Assembly (NCBI GenBank): GCA_021613535.1
Contig: CP075495.1
Location: forward strand, 9,114,001 to 9,178,000
From: Adineta vaga
Taxonomy: Eukaryota; Animalia; Rotifera
DNA: 64,000 nt
Direction of reading: 5' to 3'
The position numbers and the translations under genes are program-made. Each line of letters starts with the position of its first letter. Within the stretch, counting starts at the first letter, position 1. Below the pieces are notes generated by a model. The model made no database searches, was not told the origin of the DNA, and was given only the letters and a program-made list of their open reading frames with translations. Positions 16,431 to 29,950 of this stretch are shown here, one piece after another.

Positions 16431-19400
16431 ATGATTGATAATCCTGAAGAACAACTTCAACGTGTTAAAAATCGATTACGAAAAGCTGTAGAAGATTATT
16501 CTGCACAGGTATTTAATTGAATACTGAAAATTTTAAAGCATTTCATTTTCATTTATTTGATTATCTAAATGAATTTTCAATACATTATCAAAATTTATTT
16601 ATTGAGTAATCTAATATCTTTGAGAAATACAAAGATTATTAGAGAATGTATCATTCGTTGACAATAAATTACAATCAATTAGATCATATTTCAGAAATAC
16701 TTAGTATGTTTCGCGATTGTTTTGAAGTAATTTACCCATAATCGTTCTTGATTCAACACTAAAAGAAAAACGTACATATCGTTTTTTTTCATCATCTGGC
16801 GGTATTTACATAAGATATCTATTGATATTGTTTATCCTTGAAATCGATCGACCTCGAGAGCTAAAGATAGAATGTATCTAAAAATACATCGTACGAAAAG
16901 TTTGTTAGAGTATTTTGAAGAAAGAAATTCTGAATATATTATTTTGAATTTATTTAGCGTCAATTTGAATCGGCTGCTTTTTGGGGCGATAAATTACTTT
17001 CATTGAATCGAAGTAAATACTCTGATATTCATAAATCTTTATAATAGATTAATACTTTTTTTTATCCATAGATTCATCTGATGATCTACTCTTTGTTGCG
17101 AAATGTTTTATGTCCAATGGTGATTACAATCGAACACGAATTCTTCTGGAGAATTCTTCAATGTATCATGTAAAAATCTTATACTGTTTGTGCAGTGTAT
17201 ACTTTTGTTTTCTCTATTCTAGACCGATCCACAATTCAAATATCTTGTTGCACTTTGTCATGTAAATAAAAATGATCTCTATAACTTGTGAACGAAAACT
17301 CTTTTTCTTTTTGTTTAGTTTAATTTGAAAGATTATCAAACAGCAGCAAATGTTCTTGAAATACTTGAAGAATTACTTGATATGGACCAACAACAACAGC
17401 AAGTGGGAACATCTTTTAAAACACCATTCACACCTAAAACAACAAATATTGAATATTCTAATCCTGTATGGTTTGATTTTCATAAAATCAATACTTGATC
17501 TTTATCATTTTTGTTTTCTTAAGCTCCGTGCATCAATATGTTTATTACGTGGTAAAGTCGCTGAAGTTCTCGGTTCATTACAACAGGCAATGAAATTCTA
17601 TGAAGAAGCATTGCGTTTCGATGTTTTTTGTGCAGAAGCATATGAAAAATTAATAAAAAAACACATGTTTACACCAGAAGAAGGTATTGATTTCTTAGTT
17701 ACAAACTTTTTGATAACATTTATCTTTGATTTATAGAACAAAGATTAGTCGAAAGAATGGTGATTGAAAAACAATGTGATTCTGATACTGCAGCTGTTGT
17801 ACGATGTCTATATGAACAAGAAGTACATCAAGTAAATGATTATTTTAATTTCATGAAAAAACATTCATATATCGATCTTTTGATTTTATTTCTTCAGTAT
17901 ATGAAACCAATTATTGTTAATCTTCCATCGTTTACAATCGGTTCATTGAATGATAATGCTGATTATTGTATAAATGTATGAAACGTAGACATGATCATAT
18001 CTGAAATGAATATTATTTGATTTAGATTGCAGAAAAATTTTATTACAATTATAAATTTCGTGAATCATTTGATTTATGTAAAAAGTATGTAATCGTTGAT
18101 TTTTGTTGTACTATTATTTTTAAATCATTATTTTCTAGAGTTCTTACTCATAATCCATTTCATCAACATGGTTTATTCATATATATTGCATTACTCTATG
18201 AAATGAAAGATAAAACCGGTTTGTCATTTATTCGAAGTTTTGATATAATCATCGATTGATTGTCATTGTTTGTATAGAACTATTCAGTTTGGGACATCGA
18301 TTAGCAAGACAATGTCCAGAAAATCCTGTATGTATCAAATTTAATTCTTTTTTTGTGTTCAATTAAAGATGATATGTAATCAAAATATGATTTCTCAGAA
18401 GATCGTTAGGAAAAATTGATTTAGTATAAAAATGGGTGACTTATAGATATTATGAGAAGAATTCAATTATCAATTACAGAATTTTGAACTAAATGAAATC
18501 ATGTTCTCATCTTTATAAAGACATTTGATATGATCAATTCGATATGGAAATTTACTTTTGTTTGTTTGTTTTTGAAACTGATTGCATTATTTTAAATTTT
18601 AGATTAGTTGGCTAGCGGTTGGCTGTTATTATTTAGTAACAAAGAAACCTGAACCAACACGTCGTTATTTAGCGTATGATGAAGATGTTTTCACCAGTAG
18701 TTTATTGATATTTTATTTGTTTAGAAAAGCAACATCATTATGTCGTAGTTTTGGTCCAGCATGGTTAGCATTAGGTCATTCCTACGGTCTAGAATCAGAA
18801 CATGATCATGCTATTTCCGCATATTTCACCGCTGCAGATGTCATGCGTGGGTTAGTAATTTGTTGCTTATTGATAAAATATGCATTTATCATTGGATTCA
18901 TTTCTTAGTTGTCATTTACCTATTCTATATGTTGGTCTGGAATATAGTCTCACAAATAATCTCCGCTTAGCGGAACGTTTATATTCTGAATCATTAAAAT
19001 TTTATCCCGATGATCCAGCTGTACTTCACGAATTAGGAGTCATTAATTATCTTAATCGAGAGTATGTATAAAAATTTGCTGCTCCTAGTTTAACTTAGAG
19101 AGTTTCTTTTTAGATATCATCATGCATTACTTTTCTTTCAACGTGCTTTACTTAAAGTTGAAGCCATTGATCAAGTTGATTTATTACCGTATTGGGAACC
19201 ATTATTTAATAATATGGGACATGCTTGCCGAAAATTAAAGTAAAATAGATTAGTTTATTTAATGATTATTTGTAAATTTGGTGATTTATTTTTCTTCTAT
19301 GTAGAAAATATGATGATGCAATAATTCATTTTAAAAAATGTCTCGGATTGACACCAAGAAATCCACAAACATTGATTGCTATTGGATTTGTGCATGCTTT

Positions 19401-19794
19401 ACAAGGAAACTATGGTCAAGCGATTGAATATCTTCATCAAGTAATTTCAGTTCTTGTATAGAATTTCAAATGTTATTCTTTCCTATTCTATTAGGGTCTT
19501 TGGTTAAGTCCAGCTAGTTCATTTGCTCAAACTCTGTTAAATAAGTGTTTCAATATGACACAAACGAAAACTTATGTCGAACAATTACCAGGTAAGATCA
19601 TAGGATCTTCTTTTCTTTTTCTCTTTTCAAGTATTATTTGTTTATTTATCGTAGAACCACCTAATGATTTGAATGAATATCTATCAGTTCGACAGAATAG
19701 TACAATTACTGAAACAGATATTAATCCGGTGACAGTACCATCTTCTGCTTTAGAAGAATCTGATCAAGGTGGTTCATCGATGATTACAACATAA
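16431..19794 (+). CDS. CDC16: anaphase-promoting complex subunit 6 (TPR protein)
   Basis: Spliced translation gives FESAAFWGDKL, ISWLAVGCYY, FGPAWLALGHSYGLESEHDHAISAYFTAADVMRGCHLPILYVGLEY and WEPLFNNMGHACRKL. All junction phases checked are consistent. Confidence 0.95.
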
Positions 19795-19913
19795 ACATTG
19801 ATATTTTTCAAAAATAAAATTGTCAGATAATTTCTTTTTCTTATTTTCCTCTCTCTCTCTCTCTTTATTTTTTTTTATTACATCCACACATATATCTTCA
19901 TGTCTATATTATA

Positions 19914-20366
19914 TCAAGATTTGGATTGATTCTCATTGTCATCATTCTTCTTTGGATAGATATAAACACGTGATAGATTCAATTTTTTATCACTAATACC
20001 AACTAAATTTAAATCATTTCCATTTGAATTATGTGCTGTTACTTCTTCAGCTCGATCACTCGTACTGGTATTGTCATCGGTTGTTGACGATGTAGTACTA
20101 AAGAATAAATTTGTACCAAGAATATAATTGTATTGTCCTTGAAATGTATATGGACCTATCTGAATAAATGGATTAGTACTATCAATATCAATTGCACGAA
20201 TTTCAGATTTGGCAGCATGTTCGAGAACAGTTTGTTGATCAATATCATGTCCAATATCAGCCATTATAAGAAATTCTTCTTCTTCATCATCGTCTTTTGG
20301 TTGTTCAGTATTCTTTGTAGATGTTGTTGGTTGATCATCAGTACCTGAAGGTGCATCAACTTCCAT
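19914..20366 (-). CDS. GTF3C6: TFIIIC subunit 6-like protein
   Basis: Acidic N-terminus (DDDEEEEFLIMADI) followed by IRAIDIDSTNPFIQIGPYTFQGQYNYILGTNLFF, matching the TFIIIC_sub6 pattern. Intronless; likely start MEVDAPS at 20366. Confidence 0.8.
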   Translation of the reverse strand: MEVDAPSGTDDQPTTSTKNTEQPKDDDEEEEFLIMADIGHDIDQQTVLEHAAKSEIRAIDIDSTNPFIQIGPYTFQGQYNYILGTNLFFSTTSSTTDDNTSTSDRAEEVTAHNSNGNDLNLVGISDKKLNLSRVYIYPKKNDDNENQSKS

Positions 20367-21049
20367 TAGATTGCTTTTCTTACGTTTAATGATGATTCTT
20401 ATTCTGTTTCTACATCTATCTATATATGCATTACTTTTCACTTTTCAGACAACGTCATTGATTGATAAAGATCCATCCAGTCGTAAAAATGCATGAACTT
20501 TTAATCACTGACATATTACTCCCTCTTTCGTGGAAGAAGTGAAAAGAAAATACAATCCATTCATTAAGAATAATCAACTTTATTCGAAATTGATTGAAAA
20601 ATAAGAGTTCCAGAAAACAAGATGTCATAAAATACGACATCGTGTCTCACTAGCTAATAAATATTATTCAATTTTGTGTAATGAATGAGAAAAGATCGAT
20701 TATTATGTCTCGACATAATCATCTTGTAAGCGAGGGTTTATTACGTGCTTTACGATTATTTATCAAATCGATATAGATCTATGACGCAAAATGTTTGCTT
20801 GCCGTGGCAATTCATGTGTATTTTGGCTAGATCTATAGCAAGACGAATAACACTCATATATATCTGACACTACTATACGTTTTTCAAAAAAAGTTCAACA
20901 AAATATTTTTTTTCCTTATGACCCTGCCATTCCTTCCTATGATTGATTAACAAAGTATATAGTATCCTACTACACATTCAGTGTTATAAATACATACGTA
21001 GACGTAGACTATACAAAGGTATTTTTTCCTACATCACTAATATTCTATA

Positions 21050-21984
21050 ATGATGGTACCATTTCTGCGTGCAATCACTTTAATTTTATGCTTTAAAATT
21101 TATCATACTATTAAGTGTACTAATCCAGTTCAAATACAATTATCATCATTTGAATTAACCTTAACTAATATCAAAACGATGCTGAATGAGCTAAAACATA
21201 TTGATGAAATAATATGTAAAATACGTATAGATTTTGATTATATTACTCGAATATTATCGATCAAATTCGGTCAATCAATGGAATTAGTATCTCTTCGTTC
21301 AGTTGAAAATGTCTATATACATAGTACTATTTCTTTTACATCAGACAAGATTATAAATCAAACATCTATAAAGATTACAATAAACTTACTTTGCTACAGT
21401 CATAATCATTGTGATCACAAATTCATTCTCGAACATGTTGATCGATTGATTAGAATAGATCATCACTATTGGAAATCTATGATTCGTCCATTGTTACTCA
21501 TTCAAAATGATAGCAAAGGTAGGACTAACATATGCATACTTTCTATCAAAACGAGAAATAATATTCTTTTGATTATTAATTATACAACTGATGATGTATG
21601 GTATGTGCTTTTATTTTAGATGGATGTACGATTGGGATGATGAATCTTGTAGAACCTTGTCTTGATAAGATGTGCTCATGGTATTACTCAACAGATACAA
21701 AACTTGGCGAAGGTAAATGTGAAAACATAGATGCTCAAACGTTACCTATGCTTGAACTAAATACTGAAATAAGAATGTTTGAAAAACAAAATGAACATGA
21801 TGACGATGATGAGATGAAAACAAAACCGAGTCAAGCTATCTTTCGCTGTTATTCATCAACACAGTTTTGGTGTGAATTTAATAACTGTAATAATCAACAT
21901 AATGGCAAACTAATTCAACAAATTATAAATCAATATTATGATCTATGGATAATGTACAAAGTTTGTAGATCCGATGTAGAATGA
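21050..21984 (+). CDS. putative secreted cysteine-patterned protein (2 exons), lineage-specific; C-terminus possibly decayed
   Basis: Hydrophobic N-terminal signal-like segment; one intron ~21519-21620 (GTAGGA..TTTTAG); Cys motifs CYSHNHCD, C..C..C..C and WCEFNNCN. Confidence 0.55.
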
Positions 21985-23799
21985 AGTTTTGATTGAAAAT
22001 AATGACAATTCAATAGCAAATTTTATATAAAATCATACATTAGTTTATAGTCAATAAGGATGATAATATGTGTTGTGATCTTCTATTTATCTTCGTTCTC
22101 TTTTCAAATTCGCAATTAAATACATGAAATAAAAGAGTAACTCGAACACATGTAGATCAAATTTTTGTGCATTGTCTTCCGGTATACAATTGAAGCTTTT
22201 CTCCTTTCTTCGTGATGAATATTTTCATTTCACTAATTCACATTTATACAAGTCAATTGTTGTTAATGGGATCTCATCTCTATCATGAAAAGTTTGACTC
22301 TTGTGAATATGTATTTTAATAGAACACCACTTAACAATTCCTTCATTCATCAATATGATCAATCATAACTAACACTAAATTTATATTACAAATATTTCTC
22401 CCATCCATCACTGTAACAAAACATCGAGAGTGTATCATGACAAGGACTGTTCCTGGTAATAACTATAATTAGATAGGGATAGGGAACAAGGTATTGCATA
22501 CATTATACATTTAATTCAGAGATATGCAAATAGTAACACAACTTGTATTCTAAATTTTCGAAACTTTATTTATACATAACTTATATTTTCCATATTCTTA
22601 GTATGAAGCCGATAAATAATGACTTCTCATATACATTATCATGTACTCTAGTACATTACCCCTAGAACCTCAGAATAGGTTACCTTGTACTCCAATGTAC
22701 TGTGATTCGTTTTACCTAAAATTCTAGAAAAAGATAGCTTGTACTCTATTGACTTATCTGGATTTTCACGTATCGTCAGATATTTAATTCTTCTATTCAT
22801 ATTCTGATCGTCCTCTTTTATACAGACATACTGAGAGCAATACAAGCTTCCTTCTTTTTATCGTGAAAGGCCTATTTCGTATTGCGTCTCAGCATAGAGG
22901 ATATCACTGTTGCAACGCTTTGAAAATATTCGTTACAAAACAGTCATTCGTTTGATTATTTTTAATCTCAATACAGAGACATAGACAATCTACCCATCCA
23001 CATCTCTAAAAGAATATGAGCGTATGAAATACGTAGTTTTTGTTAAAATCAATGAGATGTACGACAAAAAACTGCAATCAAACAATATTCTACGAATTCT
23101 AAGACTTGTAAACTGATGAAAAAAAAACGTAGCTGTAATAATACAGAACAATACATAAACGTACATCTCAATATAAGCTCATATAATGTAACCTATTCTA
23201 GGATCTGAAAGTATTTCATAAGTATTTTTCTCGAGACATCATTACTCTATTCAAACCGTATTGAAAATAAGATGATATAAAATACAACACGAACAGAATG
23301 TCTTAAAAATCATCAGTTACTTTTCTCTGTATTCTACTTCAAAGTTCATTCTCTCATCAATGAGTATAACAGAAAAAATGCTTGCTTTTAATGATTCGTA
23401 ACGATTGTTTATATCTAAACTTATCTTCAAAGTAATTCGAATTCAATTGTTTATCATCGAATGACAAGTTTCTGTTATGATTATATTCGTAGAGAAATGA
23501 TGCATAAATATATCTTCAATTCGAATAACCAATCAATTGTCGATGTATTTCATTAAGATTAAAAAAGAAAAGAAAAGTTGCTTTCTTCATTTATTGTCAA
23601 CGAACAAATATTCTTGACTGTACAGTAGAAAATGATTATCTAGCTTTTTTTTTGTGACGAAAAGAAAAGTTAAACAAGAAAAAAGAAAAGAACATTAAGA
23701 AAAGAAAATGAGAAAACAAAACATCAATATATGATCTAGACATCATTTTTTTTATTTCGTCATTTTCCCTGCACATAGATTTCTTTTGAATTATTTTCG

Positions 23800-26244
23800 T
23801 CACCATCCAGCCGCAGCACGTTGATGATGATCACGATCAAGTGATCCAGAATGATCGTCAATCATATATTTTGCTGTATGAGCTGCATAAACATCATTGA
23901 GATTTGTTGGACCTGATGGGGGTTGACCCGTACCAGTTGACAGTTGTGCATATGAATATGTTTGACCAGGAGCAGTAGCATAAATATATGATGGTTGTTC
24001 AAGTGATGCTGACGTTAACGGAGCTGTAGCATATGTTAATTCATAATAAGATGGTCCACCATTAGTTTGATTTTGTGAATTATGAGCACCATTTAATGTT
24101 GTTGTTGTTTGATTTGGTATTAATGTACTAAGAGTTTGAGGTGTTCCAGCTGTTGCTAATAAAGTTGTCGTTGGTGGTTGTTGATAATAGATTGGTTGAA
24201 TACTAAAAAGACATATGTTAAATAGATTATCTCAAAGGAAAAATTCTTCTTTTCTTGTTGTTTATCTAAACTATCTGATTTCGATAAAGAGAAATCTATT
24301 TGAACGCATAAGAGAACAATCACGTCATCACCATCATCGATGTGTATATATATGTGTGCGTCAATACACAGAGGGTGGTCTTTCATCAAATTCGCTTGAT
24401 TAGTCGAATGTTCTGTTTTTTAAATAAACATTCTTTCTTTCTCTTCTTTAAGTTTAAGATTGATTTGATTTCTCTGCAGGGAGTTTACGCATTTAGACGT
24501 CAAAATTGAAGAGAAAAGAGAAAAAAAATCAAAGTTAACTCACCCATAAGTTGTTGGTAATGCCGCTGAATAAGCGCCGGCAAGATGAAGTGGGATAAGG
24601 CCTATAATAATAATAATAGAAAAATATATAGAGTGTTTGATTTGAGACTTTTTCTTTAAATCATTTTCAGTAAATCAAAATAGGCATGTAAGTAAATTGA
24701 AAGACAACAAAAACAACAACAACAACAACAACAACAAAAAATCAATCAATCAAATCGATTATTGCAATCAAGAAACAACAACAACAATCGAGGTGAAACT
24801 CTAAAGGCATACAAATCACACATACACGCTGTTAGAATTTTGTTATCGTCTTTTGTATATTTGAAGATTTATTTATAAAGAATCAAATTTCAATTGTCTC
24901 ACGATGAAAAAAAAACTAAATTTATATCATTAGGAAGATATTTGTTCCTGTTTGTCTCATTCATTCTTCTTCTTCTACTACTACTGCTATTATTATTGAG
25001 TGATCAAATGACCAAGAGATGAAAAATGGAAGCACTGAGAAAAGACACACACACGCACACGAAAGCGAACATACGGGCGCAGACATAAAAGTAACAGAGA
25101 TGGAAAGAAAGAGAGAGAGAGAGTAAAAGAGCACCACAACAACATCAACGTCAAACACTCGAAAGACCCCATTTCACATTAGTGTGTGTATGGTTATTAT
25201 CGTTTAGATATCACATCAAGTTTTAGTTAGTTAAATTAAATAACTCGTATTAGGTTAAGAGAAATAAAAAGAATATTATAATAAAATGAAAACATCAAGG
25301 AACTGGCACAAATTCGTGCTCAGTCAAACAAACGGCAGAGTCATCCAGAGCATCCACTTACTGTCTAGTTTATTTCTTTTTCTTTTCTCATGCTGCTCGT
25401 ACTACAATTAATGAGGAGAGAGAAAGGATAGTCAGTTAATCATAATTACGATGATATTTTTGTTTTACAGAAAGATATTTTTTAAGGCAAAATATAAAAT
25501 AAGAAAATTCAAGTATAGTTTCTCGTTTTCGAAACTTACCAGCTGGTGATGGAATCACGCGTGGTTTAGCACCAAGATAAGCTAAATTTACGTTTGCTTT
25601 TCGGCCATCAATAACAGGATTGGCTTCTTTTGTAGCTAAACTTGCAGCTTCTTGAGTATTCATTGTTACCTGTAAAAGAAAAGTTAATTATATTGGAGAA
25701 AAAGACAATTAATATAAAGGTACGTTGACAAGGTTTCTCTGCCGTTATTGACTAACTACTAATCATCTCGTTATTCAAATCTCTGATGTTTGTTCAAAGT
25801 TGAAAAAACATTAGAACATTCATATTAGAAGCAGACATGCATAGATTTCTTCACTGATTGATGGCACACAAATGATAAGAGAAGAAAGCGATTATCTTTT
25901 AAGACAGAAAACTGGCATATCTTAAGACGTGTGTTAATAATCAATCTTTTTTTCGTCTTCTGTTTTTTACTTACAAATCCATAACCACGTGATTTGCCCG
26001 TTTGACGATCAGTAATAACCTTCATACGAAAAGAAAAATTGATTAATCAATTGAAATTGTAAAAATACTTACTACTGCTTCTTCAATTTCTCCAAAACGT
26101 TCAAAGAACTTTCGTAGGGTATCATCTGTTGTATGATATGGTAGACCACCGACAAAAATTTCTAAAAAATTTCTATTTTATTTTCATATCAAAAATATTT
26201 AAGGTATTCTTACTTGTAAATGTTGTATCTTTATGTAATGACAT
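23800..26244 (-). CDS. RBM24: RNA-binding protein of the RBM24/RBM38 (SUP-12/SEB4) family
   Basis: [80 protein letters not shown] is the diagnostic RBM24/38 RRM. An Ala/Tyr/Pro-rich tail ends AAAGW* at 23800. Confidence 0.95.
24712..24736. repeat. (AAC)n microsatellite in an RBM24 intron (UUG repeat on the transcript)
   Basis: aacaacaacaacaacaacaacaac read directly. Confidence 0.8.
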
Positions 26245-28344
26245 GAATGATGATGCTGATGATGACGGTGATGTGATGATGTAAATACTTCAAGAAAATG
26301 AAATAAAATAGAAAATTTTCTTCTTTCTCTTTTTTCTTGCTCAGAATATGTCAACAAAACTACAATGCTCTCTTGCGTTGTCCCGTATTTAAAAGAAAAA
26401 GTCACATAGAACGACAGAAGAATAGAAGAACAGAACAGGGTGAATGTAATGACACTACCACTGCCACTATAACCAAACAAATTATTTCAATCGTCAGTCA
26501 CTTTTATAAAAAAAATTTCAATTACACAAAAAGCCTCTTCTCGTTTTCTGAGTATAACGTCTTATGTGTCTAACTGAATGAATGATATATGTATACACAA
26601 ACGGATGGAAAATGAGGAAATAAGAGATCGACTAATTCATCACTAGAGAGAGAGAGAGAGGAAGAGAGAGAATACCACATATACAAATATGTGCGCGATA
26701 TGAGATGCAGTAGTATAAGAAGACGAAGAAGGAGAAGAAGAAGGGTGAAAGACAAGAACCAATCATCAGTATACACACACACACGCACAATTGTTTTAGG
26801 AAGAAGACATCATACAGTTAGCTATCTTTTTTTCCTTCTTTCTATTCGGAGATGATGATTCCCGTTCGTTCATGTAGAGAATCAGTTCTAATGATAAAAT
26901 AGCAATACATAGAGATAGAGAACCATAACAAATGTATAAACAATATTTTCTTGCTCTTCGACGCGTATGGAATTGCTCTCGCGAATCAACAAGACGATGA
27001 CAGAACGTCTTTTTCCATTAGAAAAATTTCTCCGTATAATATCGTACAATTATTGTCTAGCTTTATTTTTTCTGCTTTTGGTAGCAGAACCGACAACACA
27101 GCAGGAAAGAAGAAAATGATGATACCAAACAACAAACGACCTTTTGCTATTCGATGCATTGTAATTGTCTATTTTATACGAATGGAATATGTACATACAT
27201 AGACATGCGACATAGAAAAGGGTCGACACCTACGATTATCAGTGGATGAATAGAAAACTTATTCATTTATGACACTAAATGATTATTTGTAGTACACATA
27301 ATGTTTGCAACAATATATGCATCCTTTCGATATTGATCGTAACGTAGCAGAAGATCGTATCAATGCAATCTTTAAGAAAATTTATCTTTCAGATTGTTTG
27401 ATGTAAATGACTCTATTAGAAATTCGTTTTGATTCATCAAATTTTCTATTGTCTTAAGTATGTAGAATGTATTCATATCTATATAATTGGAACTTTTTCT
27501 TTGAAATTTATCAAATATAAATCTCATTTATAATCTTATGCCTATCGTAATGGTTAGTAATCAGTGATTTGTTAAGAAAATATGAAATACGTCTTTTTTC
27601 TTCAAGTTAAAGTGTCATTCATTCATTGATTTGATGTCAACGTAGTAAATTAACTTCAAAATATATTGATAGCTACTCATGGTAACCGAGTAGTCACAAC
27701 ATACATAATATGATCTGTATTAGAACAGTTTCAATCAAGTACATATTGAATATTAGCAAATTTATTTGATGAAATTGTAATAAGTCTCATTTAAGAGCAA
27801 ATATGATGTAGAACTATTTTATTGTAGTTTTCTTGTGTTATTAACTAAATTTATTCATGTAAGATACAAATTTTCTACAATTCATTTTCACATTTCAAAA
27901 ATCTTAGTTACTTAAAACGCATCTAGCAAATACTATTTTTAGTCTACTGGGTCTATTCTGATGTGATCTCCTTAACGATTATGATCAATTTGGGAAATAG
28001 ATAGTATAATGAGCTTTCCATTTGCGAATTCCACGTGCTACTCTCTTTTATGACGATGATAATAAGTGTAAATGCATTAGTCAACTGTCAAAGTAAACCG
28101 TAAAATTTTTCTACATTGTCTTGTCTAAAAACGATTTATATTTTCGATATGATTTCAATACATTTTTCATCTTACTTTCCGTCTATTAAAGGATAGTTTT
28201 TTAATCGAATTATTCGATACTATTTGTTTCAAAGATTTGAAATAAGAAATATATGTTCTATTTTTTATTAATACTGATTATCAAAAAGAACGAACGTTGA
28301 AACTATATGATTTATATTCAGTCATGATATATGAAAGACATGTG

Positions 28345-29304
28345 TTAAAATCGTGGATTTTGGCTTGCATTATCTTGAAATCGAACTGGTGTATTCCCAT
28401 AAGGATACCATGATGATTGTGTGTTTATTTGTGTATGTCTGGCTTCATATTGTTGAAATGGATTTCTAGAATTAAATAGTTGATGTGCATATATTCAAAT
28501 TCAATTAACATACGTCACTGGTTCAATACGGCCAGGTATTCCTGCTGAAAGATGATGTGGTTCTCGATCTGTCTGATACTAAACGAAAAAATAACGTTGA
28601 AATAATTTTTATTCTGTAACCAAAATGAATAACATACAACGTAACGTTCGGGACGATGGGTTACACTGGAATCATAATGAACAAGATTATTTTTAAAGCA
28701 TAAACCATTAACATCGTCTGGTGAAGCATATGCAATTTTAAAACGACCAGGATAGTCATCAAAACATTTCGACCAATCACCATTTGCTCGTCTAATGAAA
28801 AAAAGAAAACAATAAGAAAATTCGATTATTTTCTTTCATCTATTTCTAATTTTACGATCTTTGATTGGCAGTAGTATGTGGACGATTATCCTAAAAATAT
28901 AAATATATATATATATATTTAGTAAAATGTTGAATAAATAATATACAAATGAATATCCACCGGATTGTTGGAAAGGTTCTTTATATTTCGCATAATCTTT
29001 TGGGGGAGCTTTAAACCATTCTGGTCCAAGATATGAATATGATGCACAATGATAATCTCGAGTTCTTTCAGCGTAATTATCCGATGATTTTTTCCAATAA
29101 CTTTGAAATACTGGATTGAATGTTCGTGTTGTTAGATCTGGACTAGCTTTTGGATAAATTGGATGACTAAAAATACATGAAATACTTAATGAACTATATA
29201 TGACAATGTTCTTTTACGAACCGTCCCAAATAGGATGGTGTATGTGGAATAGGTAGAATATGATTGAGATGAGTTGCTGAATCCGTTGTACCAAATTGTG
29301 TCAT
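28345..29304 (-). CDS. hypothetical Tyr/Pro-rich protein (~230 aa, 6 exons), possibly ciliary microtubule-inner-protein-like
   Basis: Phase-consistent exons: MTQFGTTDS.. | HPIYPKASPDL..YLGPEWFKAPPKDY.. | DNRPHTTANQRS | RANGDWSKCFDDYPGRF.. | YQTDREPHHLSAGIPGRIEPVT | NPFQQYEARH... The stop is at 28370 as written, or at 28345 if there is a +1 shift. The ciliary guess rests on composition only. Confidence 0.6.
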
Positions 29305-29950
29305 GATTGAGAACAAAAATCGCTTTTTATTTTTGATAAAAATATTATTTAGAAATGAAAAAAGAAACGCTTAGTGTGCATTGTTGTTATTGACGTTGCT
29401 AAGTTCGACAATTTTCTTTTCTTGCATTTTTTTCAAAAGCAAACATACCAATGCTTTTTCATCGTTACGTCTTTGTCAAATAGAATTTTTGTGGCAATCA
29501 ACGCTTGCTTTTTAAAATAATAATATTTGCTCTGTTATTGAACAATCTTCAAACAGTTTCTGAGCGCATTGTCGATCATGCAATATGCGTTTTTATTTTG
29601 AAATCGGTTTTTTGAAGACAAAGAAAATGAAAATTGAATGTTTTACATTGAACAGAAATCACATTACACCGATGATGTTTTGATGTTTTTATAAGATTAA
29701 AACAGACAACACAATCTTTTATCATCTAGACGCACAAAATTGAACATTACTTTGCGTATGATCCGAAGAATGCAGAAAGACTATCTAATGAAACGATGTT
29801 GAAGACGAAAGAAAAGAATAAAAAATAGGATGTGTACTTTTCTTTACATATTACAGATAAGTTGAAGAAGAGAAGAAGAAAAAAAATGAGAAATAGAGAT
29901 GAAAAGAACGTCGTTGCTTTTAATAAATAGATCGTTGCTTATTGATATAT

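Noticed and set aside
27673-29410. RFX X-box-like motifs (27673-27686, ~29383-29409, also ~2602-2615)
   Set aside because: Several mismatches to consensus or far from a start site; expected by chance.
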